DNA of 59,827 nt from positions 372,001 to 431,827 of the forward strand of contig BCKZ01000003.1 in the NCBI GenBank assembly GCA_001600815.1, in the 5' to 3' direction. Both the position numbers and the translations under genes were made by a program. The DNA comes from Alloascoidea hylecoeti (taxonomy: Eukaryota). Within the stretch, counting starts at the first letter, position 1, and every line of letters starts with the position of its first letter. A model generated the notes under the pieces. That model saw only the letters and a program-made list of their open reading frames with translations. It was not told the origin of the DNA and searched no databases. Of this stretch, positions 49,401 to 59,827 are shown piece after piece.

Positions 49401-50189
49401 ATATGATAGCTGATATCTTTGATGTTTTAGTTTGTTTAACGATAAAGAGTTTAAAAAAACTAGAGAGAAATAACAAATCACGGATAGAGAAAAAGTAAAG
49501 CTCAGCTTTATAAATCATCTCATTGCCCCAAAATAGCAAATTTAAATAACCTTAAGCTTTCAATTTTAAATATAATAATATCACAATATCAATTAATATT
49601 CTTTCAAAATACATTAAACCACTTTTTAGTTGGAGAATACACGTTCACACATATGTCATGTATGTTGAGGTGACTTTGGGAGTTTTCATCTCAAAGATTG
49701 ATCCACACTGTATTGTACAGGAATGTTTTCACATTTATATTAATTAGCTATGGATGTTCAACATACTATGTCCTATAAGACGTCTAGACCATTATGAATT
49801 TGTATCAATTGCATCATTCATACAAAACACTGAGACGAACTATCTGTTTGTAGATACTTGACATATTAAAGTAAATAGGAGAATCCCATACAAACATATA
49901 AATATAAATTGCCACCTATAAAAGTGGCAACTATTTAGTAATCGATATCTGGGAACACATCATTGCCATCAAATAACTCGGATCTCGGAATATCGCTTAA
50001 ATCATGAATATACTTATAATCAGTGACCATTAACGAATACTTGAAACGAATTTGAAAATTATCGGGCGCAGGAAGTCATGGATAGAAAATACAAAGAATA
50101 TGAAATCTTTTACGAAAACGAAATGCAATTGGATCACAAATAATGTCTGTGACATATACTTCAGGTGTCTTTCGGATATTATCTCTTTT

Positions 50190-51148
50190 TCATTGTTGAG
50201 TCTTCGGTTTCTTCGATCCAGTATTACCAATATCACTTAGCTTTCGTTTCTTCAAACCTTGGGCGCTTTCTCGCTTTCCCTTCTTACTTCTCGAGTTCGG
50301 AGTGTTAGAATTTGAATTTTGTCCAGCAGACTTCTCATTCCTGGATTTTTGAACCTCTGCATCAAGAAATACATTAGGATGATGTCTTCTAAGCCAAGGT
50401 AATGTTGCCTGTGGGTTAATTTCTGACCCAATTGCCTCATCTTCTATTGGGTCGTATAGTATACTTTCATATATTTGCAATGCATGGTGTATACCGGTCC
50501 GCGTAGTATTAAATGACCATTCAGTAGGTGTGGTGCTGGGATTTTGTTGAATGACATTATTTGCCTGTTCTTGGGATGAATTTATTGTGATAGAAGAGCT
50601 ATGAGTAGTGTGACTTACCTGTTCTTGAGTTCCAATTTGTTGTGATATATGTTTTGGGAGTATATCAGTGTTTGAATTAGATGGATTGTCCTTAATCACA
50701 GTGAGTGATAGTTGTGCCTGTTCTGATTCTAAAGGAAGTCGAGGTAATGAAGTTGTATCAGGGTCTATTATTGGAATCCTCCCCTTGAGTATGGGTTTCT
50801 CTTCTAGTTCAAGAAGAAGATCGAGGAGTTGCCTGGATATATGTTAGCATTAAATATAGAAATAGTACCTGGACCATCAACGACAAGAGAAACTTACTCT
50901 TTTTTTTGAACAAGGGATGATAGCTTTCTTCTTGCCCTTTGTTCCTCCCTGTATAATTCTTCAGACTTGACATAAGTATTTTTAAACTTCTTCATCAGAC
51001 GCTTGTATATTTTGCTATCAAATTGTTAATGGAGAACCTCACCGGACGAGAATAACAGACAAACATACAGATGATTATATTCCTTTGGCTTTTGCGGTAC
51101 CTCATTCTGAATTGCCTCATTTTCATGAGCTCCCTGTTCCGTGCTCAT
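50190..51148 (-). CDS. IEC3: INO80 complex subunit Iec3-like; 3 exons (51148-51069, 51014-50898, 50832-50190)
   Basis: Two canonical introns give MSTEQGAH...KIYKRLMKKFKNTYVKSEELYREEQRARRKLSSLVQKKEQLLDLLLELE and INPQATLPWLRRHHPNVFLD. These match the Iec3 N-terminal coiled-coil and NPxSxxNWLRKHxPxVFL motifs. Confidence 0.75.
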
Positions 51149-51371
51149 CTCCACTTCGTTTGATTGGTTATTATTTTATTGTTTGGTTGTGATGAAAGTG
51201 AAGTGTGAAGGTTAGGTGTACGGTTGTTTAGTGAGCAGGAGTTGTCGGGAACAAGAAAGTTACCCTGACTTCGAGACATTTGATCGGGTAGCACAAACCG
51301 AGGCATTTCACATACAGAAACAGAATAGCACGGCGGAAGCTACTCATGAGGCTGATTTAGTTTGAATGAAA

Positions 51372-51391
51372 AGCCGCCAGCCGCCAGCCGC
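51372..51391. promoter_or_regulatory. Tandem AGCCGCC (URS1/Ume6-like core) in the IEC3/zinc-finger divergent promoter
   Basis: agccgccagccgccagccgc. Confidence 0.4.
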
Positions 51392-51651
51392 TGCAGGTAT
51401 GCAGGTATGCTTAGGAAATGCTAATTGCAGTGCATTGCATATTTTATATAAGTATAATATATTTTATTAGCAACCGGCACTTCCTGAATCCTGAAGATCC
51501 GGTTGTTCCTAATGGTATAAGAATTGTACTCTTCCCTCTCTTTTCCATCTTTCTGTTTTTTCACCTGTTCACCTCCCTTCTTCAATCTTTCCCCCTCTTT
51601 ATCATACATCAATATATCAACAATAGTGCCTGTCCTCTACTCGTATTATCC

Positions 51652-52860
51652 ATGGAAGATCAGAATAAAACCTTAATATCATTTCCAAAAAATGACTTAG
51701 CTGAATATCATCATGTCAGCAACAAATTATCTGAGTCTCGTCCTAAAACCAATTTGTTGCCGAGGCTGTCGAGTTTGAATCTTACTTTGCCTCAGCCTTT
51801 TCCTTCAAGTAGCATCAATTTCATACCTTGCCAGCAACCCACGATACTTCCGAATCAGCCTTTCCAAACACATCTGCTGGTTCAATATCAAGGTGGGTCT
51901 GTGATAGTTCCTCAGGGTGTTGCCTCCAATCTCACCGTGCCCTCCCAATTGCCTCGCTCTGTTGGACCGGCATGGACCCCAGGAACACCCGTTTATCAAC
52001 CACAGATTAATGGTTTCAATTATAATTACAGCATCGGAGTTACCGGTAGCTTGCCGTCCCAGCCTTCCGTGCCTACATATTCGTTGACAATGGCACCGTC
52101 TAGTTGCTCTGTTACTACTACCGCTAGTAGTTCACCGACTAGAACGCTTCCTTCCTTATCTACCTTGTTAAATGCAACTTCTCCATTACACTCAGCTTCA
52201 GGGTCTGTCTCTTCACAGTCTTCTAATAGTAATACAGAGGACTCGGGCCATACTAAAAAGCGTTCCCTAACACAAGAAACTTCTTCTGCTCCAGAAAAGA
52301 GGCGGAAGCGTACTGGTAAAAAACTACCTATTATGAAAACGAGTTCCGGTAAAAAAATCTACAAAAAGATACATTCTTGTGAAATTTGTGGTAGAGCATT
52401 TGCAAGACCAAATGATTTATTCAGACACGCCAAGTCTCACTGGAAGGAACTCGGTAACAATCAAGGAGCATTCAAATGTCCATTTAGTAAAAAAGCTGCA
52501 GAAACAATTAAAACTGAGGATGATCATTGTTCAATAACTGGAGATGATCATTCTTCAAGATCGGGATCAAATTCTCCTGGTCATAGTAATGCTTCTTCAG
52601 TTTTGGAAGGAGAGAGAGATTCTGAATCAGATTCATTAAATGGTAATCAAAATTGTCATCCAACTGGTTTTTTTTCTAGATGTGATACTTATAAAAATCA
52701 TTTAAGAGCGTTACATTTTGATTATCCAGTTGGAACTAAAAAGAAGGATCGCGCTTATGTCTCTGGTACATGTAAAGGATGCCATAAATGGTTTAATACT
52801 GTTGATGAATGGATTATGAATCATGTTGAAACTGGTCAATGTCCAAGTTGCTTTGAATAA
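51652..52860 (+). CDS. Stp-family C2H2 zinc-finger transcription factor
   Basis: HSCEICGRAFARPNDLFRHAKSH, then FKCPF...CHPTGFFSRCDTYKNHLRALHFDYPVGTKKKDR...GTCKGC...WIMNHVETGQC, characteristic of Stp1-4. The start is placed at MEDQNK; the ORF is open from 51418. Confidence 0.85.
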   Translation: MEDQNKTLISFPKNDLAEYHHVSNKLSESRPKTNLLPRLSSLNLTLPQPFPSSSINFIPCQQPTILPNQPFQTHLLVQYQGGSVIVPQGVASNLTVPSQLPRSVGPAWTPGTPVYQPQINGFNYNYSIGVTGSLPSQPSVPTYSLTMAPSSCSVTTTASSSPTRTLPSLSTLLNATSPLHSASGSVSSQSSNSNTEDSGHTKKRSLTQETSSAPEKRRKRTGKKLPIMKTSSGKKIYKKIHSCEICGRAFARPNDLFRHAKSHWKELGNNQGAFKCPFSKKAAETIKTEDDHCSITGDDHSSRSGSNSPGHSNASSVLEGERDSESDSLNGNQNCHPTGFFSRCDTYKNHLRALHFDYPVGTKKKDRAYVSGTCKGCHKWFNTVDEWIMNHVETGQCPSCFE

Positions 52861-55557
52861 TTTTATGATTGTTACATGAATTAAAAACTTATTTATTATG
52901 AAATTTTTTATACTACTATTATATTCATTTTCATCATTTTTTTCTTTATATACTATATATTTCTCTTCTGCTTTTTGTTTCTTCATCGGTTTTTAAAAGG
53001 TTTTTTTAGCATTGTTAGCTCTCACATCTTATGCTTTTTACATATATATATACTACATTATACTTCATTTTAACACTATAGATCTTGTAGAATACATTAA
53101 ACTTATGTTTTTTTTTAGAACCTGCATTTATTGGCTTGCAATAGATTTAGATAGAGTATGTTAAATATATGCTAATCATAAAATCAGCCTTAGAACGTTG
53201 TATGTGTACATCTCGTGTTGCGTGATTTCTATTATTACAATGAATTTGAATGGAAATGTTTCCATTTTCCCTCTTAGACTTCATTTTTATTTGAAAGAAT
53301 TATACGCTTATGTGGGATGATTGTGAAAAAACCTATTATGCGGGCTGGAAGATTAGGCAACGCGGGGCTTAAAAGTGATGTGTTGCACGGCAGAAATGAT
53401 AACCAAATAACCGAACCAATCTAATTTTACCCTAACTTTACTTGTTTTTTCGATTATTATCATATTTGTAATTAAGATATGTATATTATTAATATTAATA
53501 ATCTTTAAAATATCACATCGTAGCTGTCACATTATAATGCTAATGCAAGCAAAATAATTAATAGTCCTATAAATATAATTTATAACTTATATGGCTCGGA
53601 AGTCGGTGCTTGGGAGAAAATAGCCATAAATATACAATATAATATTCAGTAAAAACTAGGGTAAAATACCCCTGTTTGCCCTCTTGGTGCGGCAGTATCC
53701 TATATTCTTTTATCAGATATTATTATAATAGTAAGTTGTAGATAACGTCATCATTCATTGCAAATAGTAGCGCGGTACCGGTAAAATGAGGAGAAGATAC
53801 CGATCGCGGGAAATGTAACAATCTCTCAAACAGGCATATTCATTATTCCCACCAATAAGATAACGATATTAATAAAAGGTGGAGATTCGATTGTGAAACA
53901 ATATTAACAATCCATAATATTCCATATATAATGATTCCATAGAATCCATAACTTTTTGATGATGCAAGGCAATTACAAATGGAATAAACGGCACGGCACA
54001 CACGGCAAAAAGATAGCGGGTCACTTTTCTACTTCTAGATCAATATAGATATTATTTGGGAACAGAGTTTAAGTTAAAAAAGACGCAATCTGAACTACTG
54101 TTGTATTTTGCGAAAATTATAGTGTCTTATATGGCCGTACTTATATTTCAATTCGGGCTTAAGGATTATGTTGACATACTATTTGTTCTTCAAGCCGTTC
54201 ATTTGTCCTCAATACTCAATTAAGCTTTTCTTGGATTGATTGCCAAGACACAAGTAACCTTGAAGTGGGGTAGATTGAAGTTCTTGATCTGCCTTTCTGT
54301 TGCAACTTGCAATTACAAATTTTTTACAATGAACTTTTGAAAGAATAAAAACTCGGCTCGGTGCTGAGCAAGACCCGTAAATAATGGGATACGTGGCAGG
54401 CTGGCAGCCATAAGGATTTTTCCCTGCCTCAGAAGATTTCACCCGGTTCAACCGGTACTAAAAATTGATTTAATTAGAGGTAGACGTCAAGGAATTGAGG
54501 AATTGTCGTTATTTCTCAAGGCTGAAATATTAATTTACGTCCAAAGTCCTTATTATGTAGTTTCACTTTAACTTAATTACTGATTTATAAGCAAATACCA
54601 TCTGATTCGTGAGCTGATAAATGTATGCATGTTTCAATGATGTCCTTTTTATAATGCTCTTTTTCTTTAAAAAGAAATTATTTTTTTCTTTATAATCAGC
54701 TGCAGATGAGTGCGATTAAATATATTGCAATCTCTCCAATGAGTCTCCATCATCTAAATCTACGATAAACTAATCAATAGCTATTAGCTAGCGATAATAA
54801 CGGTTGCAAACTTGCAATTACCTTTTCATTCGATAATCTACTATCCAAATGGATTAAATAACGCTAATAAAAGCGGATCCGGAATGATAAATAAATAACG
54901 CGATAACGTTATATGCTAACCTACAAGTATAAGTAATACAGCTTCTACAGCAAGGGACGATTGGGTAAGTTACCATCCGAACCATCCAACCAAAAAATTC
55001 ACCACAATCATCATACTTTTTTATTCCAGTTAACGCTATAGCTACGTGCTATTCACTACCTTCAATGCATGGTAAAAAAAATTCCCTCCTAATTGTTAAG
55101 CTCTTCATTCTATGTGGCCTTCTTTGGAGGGCGCTAGCATCATAATCTGCCAATCTTTTCCTGTTCTGTGGAGAAGCATATCGTGGAGACTTAGATTAAC
55201 CTCTTCTATCCTTCTATAATATATTCCTCTTATAGGAAACCAGATTAAATCATTCAGGTTTTTGTACACTACTCAACTTGGTCTCAGCTACTTTCTCAAA
55301 ACAATAAGCCACATGATAAATAAGTTCTTGGCCACCCATGTAACGATATTATCGGGCTTCACAATAAGTTGTCAATAACGTTGTAATACGGTTGTATGCT
55401 TGAAAACCTAAAAGATTAATTAATCGAGATAATATAACTTATGTAATTATCAATTAGAATTCCTCTTTCATAAAATATTTTTCCATTTCTATATTGGTAC
55501 AGGAAACCGTTACCGAAGGGCTTGGAGGATTCATAGTTGAAGATATCAAGGAATAGT

Positions 55558-55999
55558 ATAGACAGCCTAAAAGTAGTGAAAGGAGTAGTTGGCATGGCCG
55601 AACATTGGTGCATGATGTCGCAGAATCGTGAACTTGGTAGTAAAAACGGAACACTACACGGCGTAGCACACGCCGTACGCCGTAGAGATACAAATACCGG
55701 TACAATGAAAATTCAGCAGAGTCAATATTAAACCGGCGCCTTTTTCTTGTACCGCTCTAAAGACTCATCCTAAGAACCTTTCAAAAAAGGGATGTATATG
55801 GAATATGTTCGACATGTAAAAGGCTTTTTCTGGATGCAAAGAACCAAAAGAACAAAATGATATGGTCTAAAGATAGACTGAATAGCGTTTATAACGGAGA
55901 AGGCAAGTCGTACTGCATTTTAAAGAGTGGCTGGGTTCCTAATACACCATGCCTCGTAGAATGGCAGTATTTTATTACGTGAAGAGTGCTAATACTAAA
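55558..55999 (+). mobile_element. Tc1/mariner transposase relic, copy B
   Basis: KGVVGMAEH...SQNRELG...TLHGV (N-terminal HTH-like), then ILRTFQKRDVYGICSTCKRLFLDAKNQKNKMIWSKDRLN. Nucleotide blocks match the reverse complement of 7364-7753. Confidence 0.65.
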
Positions 56000-56639
56000 T
56001 AGGCTTAAGATGCTTTGTATATAGACTATGTGAAATATCTAAACTTTAAGGAACATTATAAACTATTTTAAGAACATTTTAGGGCCTTGTAAGAATTATG
56101 GTGCTCTGCCATTTTTATGTGAAGTGGTGGTGACACAAACGTAAAGGGCAAATTTAGACTTACCACCAATAATGTCTGAAGGGTCTAAAATACAATAAAA
56201 AATGACTTAGGCAAAGATGAAACCCCCCACCTGATACATATATTAAGGATTTCTCTTGTATAGACCAAATTAATATAAGATCTTACTCTGAGATCAAAAC
56301 TATAATCTGTATATCCCGGAAGTTTCGTATGTTTCACCCGGTGAGCCCAATACGACATTTTCAAAGAGTATCCAAATCTTAAAGATAATTATAAGTGTAT
56401 GATACTGTAAATCCCATAATCCACCTCTTTACACTTAAGAGTAATAGTATATCTATTTTTGATCAAGCAAAATTATATGGTCTTTGGTTACTTATACTCA
56501 TGGCTGATTGCAGACAATGTCAAAAGCGGAGATGTCGCACTTTTATTTCTTTTAGATTGAAAAGCATCACATTATAACTTAAAAACACATCCTAGACCAA
56601 CCTACTCACACACTATTTCAACTATATGTACTAATTATC

Positions 56640-59293
56640 ATGACAGCCCAATCTTCAAAAAGGCAATATGCCTGTGTTATTTGTAGAAGACGGCGAATAA
56701 AAGTATGTTTCTATGTTGTAGTTTTCTGATAGAATCAGGTACTAATAGTTATGTGAAATAGTGCGATAAGCAGAAACCACGCTGCTCACAGTGTGAAAAG
56801 CTTGGATTTTCTCATCTTTGTGTATACCATAACAAACAAACCAAAGAATTAGACACTGAGAAAACAGATTTGCATCATTTAAATTCATTAGGAATGGAAT
56901 TATATGCACAAAATGGAGTACTTAAAAATCAGATTAAGAGTAAAAGAAAAGAGTTACGACTCATGAAGCATCCAAATGATATCACTGAAACAAAACTCAA
57001 ATATGGGAACTATAATAGGAATCCGGAAAATTACGATCCAATAATGGATTTAACTGAAAGTTTTAATTCTTTAAATATTGAAAAAGATTATACTTCACAT
57101 TTTGGTGCAACGAGCAGATTGAGTATTATAACGAAAGATCCTATATTGGCACAAATTTATTCAACAAATTCTGAGGTCAGTAACATATCATCTAGGAAAA
57201 ATAAAACCGTTCTTGACCCTGTTTATGGACCAACTGTTGGATTTCAATTAATTTTACATCGAATAAATGAAATTATTCCTTCGGTAGATCATTGCAATAT
57301 TATTGTCAAATATTATTGGCTTTACTTTGATAGTATGTGGAATGTCATTGATTATGAACCTTTCACTACCATATTTAAGAATATTTGCTCAATTATAACT
57401 GATGATAATGGGATTTCACGCTACAGGTTCGAGTTTTTAGAATCTCAATTTAAAGATAGTGAGATAATCAGTCTAGCTACTTTTATGGTAATATTAAGAA
57501 TTGGATATTTGACAATGCCAATTGCGTATCATAAAGGAAATAATAGTTGTTTAGATCAATTTTTTGGACCATTAATAGAAAATAATGTTTCAATTGGCCC
57601 TGAATTTATGACATTGTCACTAACTCTTATATCCTTCGTTAATACGAAAAAAACAGAATATTTCAGTTTACTACTGTTACAATATTTTCTATGTGTACGA
57701 TTCTATCGTATATTTGCTCCTGAAGATGGGGACGGTGATGATGCTGAGGAAAGCGCTATTTTGGTTGGTCAAACAACTCGTTTAGCTTTTGAGATGGGTA
57801 TTAATCGAGACCCCGATATTTATGATCCAACTGGAGAAATATTTGATGAATGCTTTAAATTTAAATGGAGAAAAACATGGTCCTTCGTAGTTGCAATTGA
57901 TGCAATGCAAGCTTCAAACTTGGGCAGGCCTCTTCTCTTAAATGAAGATTATATGGACACAAAACAAATACACCAATTCCATATTCACGATTCATCTTTT
58001 AATAAAAATATCCCTTCATCGTCTATAGCTTTCAATATCAGGAAACTTCAAAATATCGCTGGTATGCTCAATTATTTATATGATCAAAGTAAGTATATGG
58101 CTAATGGAGCTTCCATTTGGATGAACGTAAAAGAAAAACCACGAAGATCATCAGTTGAAAGTATTATTGTCAATCTACTAGAGTCATTGAAGAGTAGATA
58201 CCCGAGATTATCAAAAACATTTAAAAATTCCAGCAGAATTTCCCCAGAATTAGATTTTACATCTAATATAAATAATAAATATATCAATAAACCAATTACA
58301 AATATAAGTTTGATTGATAATGATGACTTTAAGATGAAGGTTTTATCCAATGCTCAAACGATATTACGGCTAAAATTTGAATGCATTTTATTTTCACAAC
58401 TTCATTTTCATTTCTATTTATTATTTTTGAATAGTGATTTAAAAATCGAACCTAATATGTGTCAGCATTATCTTTTACAAGCGGAAATTTCTGCATGTTT
58501 ATTATTTTATTGCGCTCTTGGTTTCTATAATTTAACTTACAACAATTATAATGAATCAAATGATTTTGGAATGGGCGTAGAGGCTAGACATTTAATATTA
58601 CCTCAAATAGAGAAATATGTATGTCGACTTGTTCCATTTGTCATCTCGATGATATTAAGAAGCCAAACTAAAGAATTTCAATCGCAATTGAGGTTGTGCA
58701 ATTTATCTAAATCATCACTTTTTTCACCTTCTATAACGGTTATGCTTGATATATTTAAAGACAATAAAACGAATTGTGGCTATACTCATATCTATTCATA
58801 TTTACCAAATGAGGTAAATGAATGTCTAAAAAAGCCTTTAATCGACTATTTTCAAGAGTATTACGAAATGCTTCTTCAATGCCCTGAAAGATTTACACAA
58901 AAGTGTAACGATATTTATACAGTGTGGAATAAAATGAAGAGTATTTATAAGAAAAACGACAATGGATCCGGGATTAACATACCTGATATTCCAATTCCAT
59001 TTAATCATGAAGGTGAACATAGTATTGATACTTCCGATAATTCAATATCAACGGATAATGAAAATGAAACCCTGACTGAAAATGATAACATTATTTTCAA
59101 CAATACTTTCAATACCCCAAATGAGGATTCAAATCTTAGTTACACTCAGGATGCATTTAAAAACCAGTTATGGCCATTTTCAATTGACGAACTAATGGAT
59201 ATATCAGAACTACCGGATATAGGCTTATACTCCGATGATTTATTATACGAGAGTCTTCGTTATGATTCAGTAATGAATGATCTGCTAGACTAA
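56640..59293 (+). CDS. Zn(II)2Cys6 transcription factor with a fungal middle-homology domain; 2 exons (56640-56702, 56762-59293)
   Basis: Spliced binuclear cluster ACVICRRRRIK|CDKQKPRCSQCEKLGFSHLCVY; later AFEMGINRDP...WRKTW...DAMQASNLGRPLL. Confidence 0.92.
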
Positions 59294-59827
59294 CTTTTTA
59301 ACTGCAGATAAATAATAGAGGTTACAGAAGTCAGTATTTATAGCTATTCACTAACCTGATCAATAAGTAGACCCAATTAAAACTGTTGGTCATTCGTCGT
59401 ATGAGTAATATACTATCATAGCGTCTGAAGGATTATAACTAAGCTTCATTATGTGTACTAGTGTAGATATAATATTGTTGGTGTATTCGATTCGGTACTT
59501 TCATTCAATCTATTTACACTTTTACTACCTTCAATAATTTATAAATCAATATCATTTTTTTATAACTATCTACACTAGCTAGTACATTACTAATTTGATC
59601 ATTTTTTATTCGATAATATCATTATCACCACCATGGATATGTTGTTGCGTTAATTTTGATACCTAGCACGCCATTTCCTTAATTGAAACACTACATAAGA
59701 ACGTTGATCTTTATAAATATATATGATATAAGTAAGGCATACAAATTTCCCCATTTTAAATATCAATTACAAGATTTTTAACCATAAAAAATGTCACCAG
59801 TTCCATCAGAAGCTCTTCAAAATCTTT

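Noticed and set aside
51418..51651. 78-aa hydrophobic N-terminal extension of the Stp-like factor
   Set aside because: Reads like a pyrimidine-rich 5' leader; the ATG at 51652 is the more plausible start, though this is not proven.

Overview
This is an AT-rich fungal window, most likely an early-diverging, intron-containing budding yeast (GTATGT/GTAAGT donors, CTAAC branch sites, an Iec3 homologue). Conserved genes, several rebuilt across introns by hand: CDC34, IFM1, NDC1, RAD52, UBA3, an EamA/DMT transporter, a STE23-type M16A peptidase, DPH5, a short Tag1-like membrane protein, IEC3, an Stp-family C2H2 factor and a Zn2Cys6 factor. From 4.5 to 30.7 kb there is only one intact gene, a pogo/CENP-B-type HTH protein with no DDE domain. 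The rest holds decayed transposons (Ty3/gypsy RT, Tc1, pogo/Fot1, possibly MULE) and a degenerate ~6 kb inverted duplication (about 24.0-30.1 kb). Each arm of that duplication pairs a LAMMER/Kns1-derived kinase pseudogene with a convergent copy of an unknown acidic-protein gene. The same acidic gene is open, in two copies, in a near-perfect 1.84 kb palindrome at 36731-38571. This repeatedly duplicated kinase + orphan module is the best candidate for an undescribed system. A sharp GC island also covers the NDC1/RAD52 divergent promoter. All calls come from manual reading and translation; no database searches were run.
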